Shown one piece after another: positions 1 to 8,044 of a stretch of DNA of 55,042 bases. Numbering within the stretch: position 1 is the first letter of the stretch; each line of letters opens with the position of its first letter. The stretch spans positions 1 through 55,042 of IMG/VR virus record IMGVR_UViG_3300044491_000241. The stretch is one strand, 5' to 3'. Under the pieces are notes generated by a model that saw only the letters and a program-made list of their open reading frames with translations, had not been told where the DNA came from and did not search any database. The stretch comes from a virus (lineage: Duplodnaviria > Caudoviricetes). A program made the translations under genes and the position numbers.

Positions 1-216
1 CTGGTAGAAAGAGAGACTGGGAGTAAATGGTGGTAGATTTTGACATTGATGGTGACGGTAAGATCACTATAGATGAAGTAACAATGAAAGAACGTATGCT
101 TGAAGTAGAGCTACGTGAAGAGAAAGCGGAGTCACAAAAGAAAATGGCTTGGATAGCTATGCTTACCATGATTGTTTTCACAGTATTCCTGTTTACTCCT
201 ATGATGTCAGACAACA
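1..216. repeat. Terminal redundancy with 54827-55042 (circular assembly overlap)
   Basis: Bases 1-127 are identical to 54827-54953. The remaining ~89 nt match with several mostly synonymous third-position differences. Confidence 0.95.
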
Positions 217-356
217 GAGTGTCTGCATTAGCCGATTTACTAGGATTATTCTACATTGCACAGACAGGGATCGTAGCTGCTTACATGGGTGCTACAGCAT
301 ACATGGCAGGTAAGCCTATGGGTAATAAAATAGCATTGAAAAAGGAGACAAGATAA
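27..356 (+). CDS. Membrane protein, holin-like candidate
   Basis: GGAG RBS; two hydrophobic helices; N-terminal DxDGDGKI EF-hand-like loop; lies near the endolysin. Confidence 0.55.
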   Translation: MVVDFDIDGDGKITIDEVTMKERMLEVELREEKAESQKKMAWIAMLTMIVFTVFLFTPMMSDNRVSALADLLGLFYIAQTGIVAAYMGATAYMAGKPMGNKIALKKETR

Positions 357-727
357 TGTCAGAAGAAAAGAAAAAAGGATACCATGCTGGAGGTAGGGTA
401 GACCAAAGATCTACGAGAAGACCTACACCCAAACCCAGAACTAGGTCTACAACTAGGTCTAGATCTACGACTGGATCTGCAGCTAGGCCCACCCCTAGCT
501 TTCTAAGTAGGTTTAGTAGAAAAAGGGTATCTTCTGCAAACAGAAACCCTGCAGCTAGACCTGCAGCTAGACCTGCAGCTAGACCTGCAGCTAGACCTGC
601 AGCTAGACCTGCAGCTAGACCTGCAGCTAGACCTGCAAGTAGACCTACACGTAGCAGCCAGAGGGGTAATGTATTGCAGAGACGTTTGGCTAGTCGTTCA
701 AGAAGACCTATGTCCAGAAGAAGGTAG
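356..727 (+). CDS. Arg/Ser-rich basic protein with (PAAR)7 repeat
   Basis: GGAG RBS; start coupled to upstream stop (TAATG); protamine-like composition. Confidence 0.65.
   Translation: MSEEKKKGYHAGGRVDQRSTRRPTPKPRTRSTTRSRSTTGSAARPTPSFLSRFSRKRVSSANRNPAARPAARPAARPAARPAARPAARPAARPASRPTRSSQRGNVLQRRLASRSRRPMSRRR
548..637 (+). repeat. 12-bp tandem repeat (CCTGCAGCTAGA)x7 plus a partial copy
   Basis: Read directly from the sequence; the units are nucleotide-identical. Confidence 0.95.
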
Positions 728-733
728 TTTCAC

Positions 734-1201
734 ATGAGTTTTGGGTTAAGTCAAAGATCGTTAAATAAACTAGATGGCGTACATCCTGATATGGTGGCAG
801 TTGTTCAACGTGCTATTGAACTGACCGATGTAGACTTTGGTGTTACCTACGGTGTACGTACACTGGAAGAACAAAAAGAGCTATACAACTCTGGTCGTAG
901 TCAGACTATGAAATCTAAACATCTTATTCAAGATGATGGATATGCATACGCTGTAGATCTTGTGGCTTACTTTGGTTCTAACGTTTCATGGGAACTAAAT
1001 GTCTATGATAACATTTGTGATGCAATGAAAGAGGCAGCTAAAGAGCTTGGTGTAGCAATCAAGTGGGGTGCAGCTTGGTCAGAGGGTGATATTAGATCTT
1101 ACCCAGGTTCATCGGAAGATGCTATGATGGCTTACGTAGACTTGAGGCGGAGTCAAGGCAGAAGGCCCTTTATTGATGGCCCTCACTTCGAGTTGATGTA
1201 G
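734..1201 (+). CDS. Endolysin, peptidase M15 (L-alanyl-D-glutamate peptidase-like)
   Basis: SxRS..L.GVHP start, G.RT..EQ, SKH...AVD and DGPHFEL zinc-peptidase motifs. Confidence 0.88.
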   Translation: MSFGLSQRSLNKLDGVHPDMVAVVQRAIELTDVDFGVTYGVRTLEEQKELYNSGRSQTMKSKHLIQDDGYAYAVDLVAYFGSNVSWELNVYDNICDAMKEAAKELGVAIKWGAAWSEGDIRSYPGSSEDAMMAYVDLRRSQGRRPFIDGPHFELM

Positions 1202-1203
1202 CT

Positions 1204-1434
1204 ATGTTGGAAATGATTAACATAGTAATGCAGTGGCTGGTGGCTCCGATCATTGCAGCAGTCTGGATGCTCTATAATAAGGCAAATAAGAACGAGACAG
1301 ATATAGCTGTTCTTAAGGCTATGTACGATTCTAGTGCTGTTCACCATGACAGAGAAATGAAAGAGATGAGAGATACCATTAAGGCTATCTTCAACAAATT
1401 AGATAATATAGAGCAGTCTCTAAGGAATAGGTAG
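1204..1434 (+). CDS. Small membrane protein (holin/antiholin-like)
   Basis: N-terminal TM helix plus coiled coil, directly after the endolysin. Confidence 0.55.
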   Translation: MLEMINIVMQWLVAPIIAAVWMLYNKANKNETDIAVLKAMYDSSAVHHDREMKEMRDTIKAIFNKLDNIEQSLRNR

Positions 1435-1608
1435 TTGTTGTGTGTGTTGGCCTTTGTTTCATTCGGTCACGCATGGACTGACAGTGGTAACAGGTTGTTT
1501 CAGTATTGTTACTACGATTGTGGGTTACCTAAAAACGGTTTGTTTTACGATAGGGTATACAGAGTAGATTATAATTATTCTTGTCCTATTGAAATTAAAT
1601 TCAAATAG
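1435..1608 (+). CDS. Hypothetical small protein (57 aa)
   Basis: Manually translated open frame (TTG start) filling the gap in the lysis cluster; not in the ORF track. Confidence 0.4.
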   Translation: MLCVLAFVSFGHAWTDSGNRLFQYCYYDCGLPKNGLFYDRVYRVDYNYSCPIEIKFK

Positions 1609-1626
1609 AAGTATAATTAACATAAA

Positions 1627-2004
1627 ATGAAATGGTTTGTTCTAGTATTGTTCTTATCTGGTTGTGGGCTTTCAGCACTTAACCCCTTTTCAGGTGGTGG
1701 TCCTACAGTAAACAGTAATGCTCAGATAGGGGCAGAGAACCGACAAGCTGTAATGTCAGTAGAACAAACAGAAGAAGTTACTGCTGGCAGAGATGTAGTC
1801 CAAACAGAGATAGTAAAAGAAGTTGAGACAGGATCTGTGGAAACTCTAGAAATATTTAACACTAATATCCCCCCTTGGGTCATTGTACTCCTTATCCTTG
1901 GGTGGCTGTTACCCACACCTACAGAAATGGTTAGAGGTTTCACAAATTTTGTGTTAACATTATTTGGGCGAAAAGATAATCCTAAGTATAACAGATTTAA
2001 ATAG
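1627..2004 (+). CDS. Lipoprotein, probable unimolecular spanin
   Basis: Lipobox LSG/C at residue 13, beta-rich middle, C-terminal TM (PPWVIVLLILGWLLP); sits in the lysis cluster. Confidence 0.7.
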   Translation: MKWFVLVLFLSGCGLSALNPFSGGGPTVNSNAQIGAENRQAVMSVEQTEEVTAGRDVVQTEIVKEVETGSVETLEIFNTNIPPWVIVLLILGWLLPTPTEMVRGFTNFVLTLFGRKDNPKYNRFK

Positions 2005-2057
2005 AAAAGGATAAAGGGGTAAAACAGTGATCGTCCCATGTTCCCCCTTACTATTAC

Positions 2058-2375
2058 ATGGCTATACCTGAGAGAGTAAAAACAAAGATGGAACAAGCTG
2101 GCCTCAAAGGGGTCAACAAGCCGCAGCGTCTAAATGACAGCAGCGGTAAGTCTCATCATGTTATGGCCTCTGAAGGTGGCAAGTATAAATATATTAAGTT
2201 TGGTCAGAAGGGTGTAAAAACCAATCAGACTGCGGGACAGAGGGAAGCCTTTAAGTCCAGACACGCGAAGAACATATCAAAAGGTAAAATGTCTGCTGCG
2301 TACTGGGCTGACAAAGTAAAATGGTCTTCCTCTAAAACAAAATCACCTAGCAAGAAATGGGTAAAAGGATCTTAG
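2058..2375 (+). CDS. Lys-rich basic phage protein
   Basis: KFGQKG...F.SRH...SAAYWA pattern typical of small basic phage proteins. Confidence 0.7.
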   Translation: MAIPERVKTKMEQAGLKGVNKPQRLNDSSGKSHHVMASEGGKYKYIKFGQKGVKTNQTAGQREAFKSRHAKNISKGKMSAAYWADKVKWSSSKTKSPSKKWVKGS

Positions 2376-2378
2376 AAA

Positions 2379-2741
2379 ATGAATAAACTATTATTAGCTA
2401 CAGCAATCACGCTTGCTACAACGACAGCCTATGCTGCTGACTTAGAATTACTTGGTCAAACTATTTCTGTTGGAGCAGAGTCCGACATTAACTACACTAC
2501 AGGTGTAGAAGAGTGGGAATGGACTGCGACACCATACGCAGCCTTTACCACATCACTTGGGGTAGTGTTGACTGCAGAGACAGAGTTTGACATTCTTGGT
2601 TTAGATGAAGAAGAAGTATTCAAAGGTATGGACTACACCGCAGAGTACGGTGTCAACGGTGTTACAGTTTACACTGAAGTTTCTTCTGATCGTGACTGGG
2701 ACTTTGGGAATGTCACCGTAGGCATGAAAGCTCTGTTCTAG
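2379..2741 (+). CDS. Outer-membrane beta-barrel-like protein
   Basis: Sec signal ending AYA/A, alternating amphipathic strands, C-terminal Phe. Confidence 0.65.
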   Translation: MNKLLLATAITLATTTAYAADLELLGQTISVGAESDINYTTGVEEWEWTATPYAAFTTSLGVVLTAETEFDILGLDEEEVFKGMDYTAEYGVNGVTVYTEVSSDRDWDFGNVTVGMKALF

Positions 2742-2743
2742 TC

Positions 2744-2929
2744 ATGTGGGTTGCTGTAATGCTCTTGTGCTACGACATGACTTCCTTATCGTGTATGGTT
2801 TCTGCTAGTCCAGAATCTTTTGACACTGAGGAAGTCTGTCAGGCAACAGCAGAAGCAGCAGCCATTGAGATGAGAAAAAGAGGTGTTTACAGTGTTCCTG
2901 GTTGTTTTCAGATAGGAAGGTCTGTATAG
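2744..2929 (+). CDS. Small Cys-containing hypothetical protein
   Basis: Tightly packed ORF with hydrophobic N-terminus and 4 Cys. Confidence 0.55.
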   Translation: MWVAVMLLCYDMTSLSCMVSASPESFDTEEVCQATAEAAAIEMRKRGVYSVPGCFQIGRSV

Positions 2930-3261
2930 TGGCAGTAGAAAAAGTAGAAGGTGGTTTTCGTTGGGGTAAAACTGGAAAGATTTACAAAAGACGGATCAAT
3001 GCTGTAAAGGCAGGAGAAAAAAAGACTTCTAAAAAAAGCAGTACAGGACACTCTACAGGTGGCGTAGTAAAATCAGGTATGTCTAAGGGTGGATCTACTG
3101 TCAACGCAGCAGGTAACTACACTAAGCCAACGATGCGTAAGAACCTTGTAGCCAGTGCTAAGGCTGGATCTAAGGGTGGTAAGCCTGGTCAGTGGTCTGC
3201 TCGTAAAGCACAGATGGTAGCAAAACAATACAAGGCTAAGGGTGGGGGCTATAAGTCATGA
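2929..3261 (+). CDS. Lys/Gly-rich basic protein
   Basis: GTG start overlapping the upstream stop; NYTKP.MRK...GGKPGQWSARKAQ...YK..GGGY motif. Confidence 0.7.
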   Translation: MAVEKVEGGFRWGKTGKIYKRRINAVKAGEKKTSKKSSTGHSTGGVVKSGMSKGGSTVNAAGNYTKPTMRKNLVASAKAGSKGGKPGQWSARKAQMVAKQYKAKGGGYKS

Positions 3262-3722
3262 AAGCGCCACAGAAATCCCTTAAGGACTGGGGTAAGCAGA
3301 AGTGGAGAACCTCCGATGGATCTCCTTCTAAGGGTAAGAAAAGATATTTACCTGACAAAGCCTGGGATTCTTTAAGTGCCAGTGAAAAGGCTGCCACTAA
3401 TAAAGCCAAGTCCAAAGGTAATAAACAAGGTAAACAGTTTGTAGCACAGCCCAAGGGTGTAGCTAAAAAAGTAAAACAATTTAGAGCAGCAGAGGGTGGC
3501 ATGGCTAAAGGTACTAAGAAAACTTGTCCTAAGTGTAAGGGCGCAGGGTGTTCACACTGTGGTGGTAAAGGCTACCACACAGGTATGAATGCAGGGGGTT
3601 CTATGCAAAAACCAATGAATTCGGGTATGAAAGCCCTTAAGAAGGCAGCACCTAAAGTAGCTAAGAAAATGGGATACAACAAAGGCGGCATGGCAAAATG
3701 CGGCGCATCATATAAAGGTTAA
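3258..3722 (+). CDS. Basic protein (DUF5872-like) with CxxCxGxG zinc finger
   Basis: QKSLKDW.KQKW...RYLP.KAW motif; CPKCKGAG and CSHCGGKG. Confidence 0.7.
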   Translation: MKAPQKSLKDWGKQKWRTSDGSPSKGKKRYLPDKAWDSLSASEKAATNKAKSKGNKQGKQFVAQPKGVAKKVKQFRAAEGGMAKGTKKTCPKCKGAGCSHCGGKGYHTGMNAGGSMQKPMNSGMKALKKAAPKVAKKMGYNKGGMAKCGASYKG

Positions 3723-3727
3723 ATAGA

Positions 3728-4321
3728 ATGGCTTCGTATAAAGACTACAAATCTGTTTCTGCTGCTAAAAAAGCAGGATCAATGTACTTCATGGGTAAAG
3801 ACGGTAAAAAGAAACTTGCTGTCACCAAAGAGCAATTAGATGCTTGGAAGAAAAAGAACAAAGGTAAGTTCAAAGGTTCAGCACTTACTGCTTGGGCAAA
3901 TGCCAAAGGTAAAAACATTGGCGGCGCTCCTTCATCTTCTCTTCGCCCCAAGGCAAGACCTGGATCAGATGTATCTGGTTTTACACCAAGCCCAATTGAA
4001 GTTAAAAATCTGGTAAAAGGTGGTCGTGGGGACGGGAGATCCGAAACACTAAAAAGAAGAATAAAATTACTCTCTGATAAAAAGAAAGCTGAGGCTAATA
4101 AACCAGAAGATCTCAAGGGTGCGGCTTGGATGAAAGCCAATACTCGTTCAGCTTACATGAACCTTTCAAAGTCTGAGGCTCGTGCGCTTGGTCTGCCAGC
4201 AACAACAGTCGCAGCTACTCAACACAAACTAAGAAATCAAAAATTTAAAGATGGTAAAACTTTCTTTGATAATAGCAGCCCTAAAGCTAAAAGTGCTGGA
4301 AGAAATAGTCCTCGTAATTAA
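3728..4321 (+). CDS. Lys-rich basic hypothetical protein
   Basis: Long ORF in operon context; contains SLRPKARP. Confidence 0.65.
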   Translation: MASYKDYKSVSAAKKAGSMYFMGKDGKKKLAVTKEQLDAWKKKNKGKFKGSALTAWANAKGKNIGGAPSSSLRPKARPGSDVSGFTPSPIEVKNLVKGGRGDGRSETLKRRIKLLSDKKKAEANKPEDLKGAAWMKANTRSAYMNLSKSEARALGLPATTVAATQHKLRNQKFKDGKTFFDNSSPKAKSAGRNSPRN

Positions 4322-4337
4322 AGGTAGTTAGTAAGTA

Positions 4338-4601
4338 ATGAAACTTGAGAATGATAAAGTAGTAGATCATATTGGCACTGTCCTTGCTGAAAAGATCAGA
4401 GGCGAGTGGCATACCAAGAGTGATGTAGTCATGCTCTTTATCTTAGCTTCAGAAAGGGGTGATCTTGCTTCGCAAAAGGAGGACGAACTAGAAATGGTTC
4501 GTGCTCGTAACGAGAAGGGTCATTACATTTCTGATGACCCTACCACTGAAGTAAACGAAGCTTGGGTTGTTAAAAAAGTTAAGAAAGCTCTAAAAAAATG
4601 A
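4338..4601 (+). CDS. Hypothetical protein
   Basis: ORF in operon; RARNEKGHY..DDP.T..NEAW motif. Confidence 0.6.
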   Translation: MKLENDKVVDHIGTVLAEKIRGEWHTKSDVVMLFILASERGDLASQKEDELEMVRARNEKGHYISDDPTTEVNEAWVVKKVKKALKK

Positions 4602-4963
4602 CAGCACTACCTACAGCAAAGTTCTTTAGTGCAGCTAAAGACCTAACGGCTACAGCAGGTGGGGCAAGTGGGGATGTTCTCTACACTTGTCCCAACAACT
4701 TTATTTCTTTGATTAGGTTCTTGCACGTATCTATTGGGGCTAACGCTACAAAAAAATATAGTTTACAGTGGTACGAAGCTTCTACGACTACTTATCATTT
4801 TATTGTAGATGAGCACAGTGTTGCAGGTAACAGTTTAGAAGAAGTCATTCAAGGTGGTAGCTATCTTGCTTTAAGACCTGGCGACAAAATTGTAGGCTTT
4901 GAAGAGTCTGATGCAGATGCTCACGTTATCATCTCAGGTGAGGAGCATTACCAACCCACATAA
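4598..4963 (+). CDS. Hypothetical beta-rich protein, possibly structural
   Basis: ATGA overlap with the upstream gene; LYTCP...L.PGD pattern. Confidence 0.6.
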   Translation: MTALPTAKFFSAAKDLTATAGGASGDVLYTCPNNFISLIRFLHVSIGANATKKYSLQWYEASTTTYHFIVDEHSVAGNSLEEVIQGGSYLALRPGDKIVGFEESDADAHVIISGEEHYQPT

Positions 4964-4968
4964 CGGGA

Positions 4969-4997
4969 TTGCAATATTGGCAATAGTGTGGTATAAC
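4969..4997 (+). promoter_or_regulatory. Sigma70-like promoter
   Basis: TTGCAA-N17-TATAAC upstream of the DUF1127 gene. Confidence 0.65.
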
Positions 4998-5057
4998 TAG
5001 ATATGATATAACTTCCATGCATACAAAAGGTATGTTCATGAAACAGGAGTTATAAAC

Positions 5058-5210
5058 ATGAAATGGTTAATTAATTGGTTTGAAGCAGTAGCTGTAGCAC
5101 AACAACGAAGAGCAGACTATTGGCTCTTAAAAAATATGTCGGATAAAGAATTAAAAGATATTGGAATATCTCGTGGGGAGATTGCTCAAAAAGTCTTTTT
5201 AGGTAAATAA
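5058..5210 (+). CDS. DUF1127 (YjiS-like) small protein, 50 aa
   Basis: Manually translated: MKWLINWFEAVAVAQQRRADYWLLKNMSDKELKDIGISRGEIAQKVFLGK; AGGAG RBS; L..MSD..L.DIGISR.EI signature. Confidence 0.85.
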   Translation: MKWLINWFEAVAVAQQRRADYWLLKNMSDKELKDIGISRGEIAQKVFLGK

Positions 5211-5252
5211 TCTATACTATAAGTAGGTAGATGAGACTTTGGGGGGAGGCTC

Positions 5253-5708
5253 GTGGATCCAATTACCATAATGGCTGGAGCATCAGCTGCGTTTAATGCC
5301 ATAAAAAAGGGTATTGAGGTAGGCAGGGGCTTACAAGATATGTCTGGTCAACTGTCTCAGTGGGCAGGAGCCATGTCTGACTTAGGTCGGGCAGAGACAA
5401 AAGCTAAAAACCCCCCTTGGTGGAAATCACTAAGTGGGGGTGTCGAACAAGAAGCTATGCAAATTTTTGCTGCTAAGAAAAAAGCAGAAGAGATGCGTAA
5501 GGAGCTTAAACAATACATATCATTTAGTATGGGTCCATCCGCTTGGGAAGAACTTCTCCGAATTGAGTCTCAAGTACGTAAAAGAAAACAAGAGCAAGAG
5601 TATCGTAGGATTGAGTTAAAAGAAACAATAATAATGTGGACCGTTACTTGTCTTACTTTACTAGTAGGGATTGGGATATTGGGGTTTATAACTTACATGC
5701 TTGTTTAA
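5253..5708 (+). CDS. Hypothetical protein with coiled coil and C-terminal TM
   Basis: GGAGG RBS, GTG start, MDPIT N-terminus. Confidence 0.7.
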   Translation: MDPITIMAGASAAFNAIKKGIEVGRGLQDMSGQLSQWAGAMSDLGRAETKAKNPPWWKSLSGGVEQEAMQIFAAKKKAEEMRKELKQYISFSMGPSAWEELLRIESQVRKRKQEQEYRRIELKETIIMWTVTCLTLLVGIGILGFITYMLV

Positions 5709-5807
5709 TTAAGAAAGGTAGTAGGTACTATGTCTTTGACAAGAATGGTAAAATACTTATTATCACTACCAATAAAAGAATAGCTATAGGAATTCATAGG
5801 AAAAACA

Positions 5808-6170
5808 ATGGCAAGAAATCTAACAGAAAAACAGCAGAAGTTTCTTGATGTCCTCTTCGAAGAGGCTAAAGGAGACCCTGTACAAGCTAAGAAGCTTGCA
5901 GGGTATGCTGATGCTGTATCTTCAACAAGCATTGTTAATTCCTTGACGGACGAGATAGTAGATGTTACAAAGAAATTTATAGCACAATCGTCTACTAAAG
6001 CTGCTTATACTATGTTCTCTGTTATGTCTGATCCCACAGATCTAGGTGTAAAAGAAAAGATGTTAGCAGCTAAAGACATTCTAGATCGTGCAGGATTTAC
6101 TAAAACGGATAAGGTAGAGGTAAAAGCTTCAGAGCCTTTGTTTATTCTACCTGCGAAAGAAGATGAGTAA
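5808..6170 (+). CDS. Probable terminase small subunit
   Basis: LTEKQ..F...A...AGY HTH and A.DILDRAG motif; upstream of TerL. Confidence 0.65.
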   Translation: MARNLTEKQQKFLDVLFEEAKGDPVQAKKLAGYADAVSSTSIVNSLTDEIVDVTKKFIAQSSTKAAYTMFSVMSDPTDLGVKEKMLAAKDILDRAGFTKTDKVEVKASEPLFILPAKEDE

Positions 6171-6666
6171 GAGAGCTTCACAAGCAAACCACCCAACCAA
6201 AGTTGACTGGCAGATACCGTTGCAAGGGGAAAACGGAGAATGGTATCCTGTTATCAGAGTGGGGAGACACGTACCCTTTGGTTATAAACAGGATGAAGAA
6301 GACGAAATGCTTCTCATCCCTATCCCTGAAGAATTAGAACTTTTTGAAAAAGCAAAGAAGTTTCTTCAAGAGTACAGTTTAAGGCAGGTAGCCCAGTGGT
6401 TGTCTGCCCAATCTGGAAGAAACATCTCACATGTAGGGTTATACAAACGTGTCCGAATCGAAGAAAAAAGACGCAGGGCCTCTTCCAACTACCGCCAGTA
6501 TGCCAAGAAATACAAAGAAGCGGCAAGGAAAAGCCAGAAAATCGAAGAAGAAAGACTTGGTGGCAAGCACACCAGAACTATCTCAACAGAAGATGAGTAC
6601 ATCAACCTCAAAGACGGAGAGTGTTGTCCCTTCTGTGGTCAAACAAAAGGTAATATTCGAACCTAA
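6163..6666 (+). CDS. HTH-containing protein preceding TerL
   Basis: PFGY...SLRQVAQWL....GR.ISHVGL.KR motif; 3' end overlaps terL. Confidence 0.65.
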   Translation: MSKRASQANHPTKVDWQIPLQGENGEWYPVIRVGRHVPFGYKQDEEDEMLLIPIPEELELFEKAKKFLQEYSLRQVAQWLSAQSGRNISHVGLYKRVRIEEKRRRASSNYRQYAKKYKEAARKSQKIEEERLGGKHTRTISTEDEYINLKDGECCPFCGQTKGNIRT

Positions 6667-8035
6667 TCCAGGACCACAAACTAGGTTCTTAGCCGCAACA
6701 GAACAAGAGGTACTCTATGGTGGAGCAGCAGGAGGTGGTAAGTCGTATTCGCTGGTGGCTGATCCAGTTAGATACTTTTCGAATCCACATTCACGAATGC
6801 TACTTGTTCGTAGGAGTACAGAAGAGTTACGAGAACTTATTTCTGTAAGTAAACAACTCTATCCTCAAGCTGTACCAGGCATTAAGTTTATGGAGAGAGA
6901 CAAGACCTGGGTAGCCCCTAACGGCTCAACACTCTGGATGTCTTACCTTGATCGTGATGATGATGTGATGAGATACCAAGGTCAAGCCTTTAACTGGATT
7001 GGTTTTGATGAGTTAACTCAATGGCCTAGTCCCTATGCGTGGTCATATATGCGCTCAAGGCTTCGTGCAACAAAGGCAAGTGGCTTGCCTCTCTACATGA
7101 GAGCGACATCCAACCCAGGGGGGCCAGGCCACCAATGGGTTAAGAAAACCTTCCTTGACCCTAGTACCCCAGACAGACCATTTTGGGCTACGGATGAGAA
7201 TGGAGAAACTATTAAGTGGCCTGTAGGCCATAGTCGAGAGGGTGAGCCTCTATTCAAAAGAAAATTTATACCAGCCACCCTCTTCGACAACCCTTACCTA
7301 TCAGAAGATGGCATGTATGAAGCAAACCTTTTATCTCTGCCAGAGCATCAAAGAAGACAGTTGCTTGAAGGAGATTGGGACATCAATGAAGGCGCTGCCT
7401 TCCCAGAGTTTAACAGACGCATACACGTAATTGACCCCTTTGAAATCCCTGGCAATTGGCTTCGCTTTAGAGCTTGTGACTACGGATACGGATCTTACAC
7501 TGGTGTAGTCTGGTTCGCAGTTGCTCCAGGATCTGAACAGCTAATAGTCTACAGAGAGCTATATGTATCTAAGATAATTGCTACTGATTTGGCTGACATG
7601 ATCCTGGACATTGAAAGTGAAGAAAGGGTAAGGTACGGAGTTCTTGACTCTTCTCTTTGGCACAATCGTGGTGACACTGGCCCTAGTCTTGCTGAACAAA
7701 TGATTATGAAGGGGTGTCGTTGGAGACCTTCAGACAGATCAAAAGGATCTCGTGTGGCAGGTAAGAACGAGTTACACAGAAGACTTCAAGTGGATGAGTT
7801 TACAGAGGAACCAAGGCTTGTCGTATTTTCTAGCTGCACTAATCTTATATCTCAGCTTCCCTCTATTCCTCTCGATAAAAGAAATCCTGAAGATGTAGAC
7901 ACTAACTCTGAAGATCACTTGTATGATGCCCTGAGATATGGTGTTATGACAAGACCACGAAGCAACATATTTGATTTTGATCCTGCTTCGCAGAGGTCAG
8001 GCTTTCAAGCTTCAGACCCCACATTCGGCTATTAA
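6593..8035 (+). CDS. terL: Terminase large subunit
   Basis: Walker A YGGAAGGGKS, Walker B IGFDE, ATSNPGG, nuclease DYG and DH.YDALRY. Start is uncertain (frame open from 6449; ATG at 6593). Confidence 0.95.
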   Translation: MSTSTSKTESVVPSVVKQKVIFEPNPGPQTRFLAATEQEVLYGGAAGGGKSYSLVADPVRYFSNPHSRMLLVRRSTEELRELISVSKQLYPQAVPGIKFMERDKTWVAPNGSTLWMSYLDRDDDVMRYQGQAFNWIGFDELTQWPSPYAWSYMRSRLRATKASGLPLYMRATSNPGGPGHQWVKKTFLDPSTPDRPFWATDENGETIKWPVGHSREGEPLFKRKFIPATLFDNPYLSEDGMYEANLLSLPEHQRRQLLEGDWDINEGAAFPEFNRRIHVIDPFEIPGNWLRFRACDYGYGSYTGVVWFAVAPGSEQLIVYRELYVSKIIATDLADMILDIESEERVRYGVLDSSLWHNRGDTGPSLAEQMIMKGCRWRPSDRSKGSRVAGKNELHRRLQVDEFTEEPRLVVFSSCTNLISQLPSIPLDKRNPEDVDTNSEDHLYDALRYGVMTRPRSNIFDFDPASQRSGFQASDPTFGY

Positions 8036-8044
8036 GGAATACCT

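Noticed and set aside
548-631. T6SS PAAR domain
   Set aside because: This is only a literal Pro-Ala-Ala-Arg low-complexity repeat, without the PAAR fold motifs.
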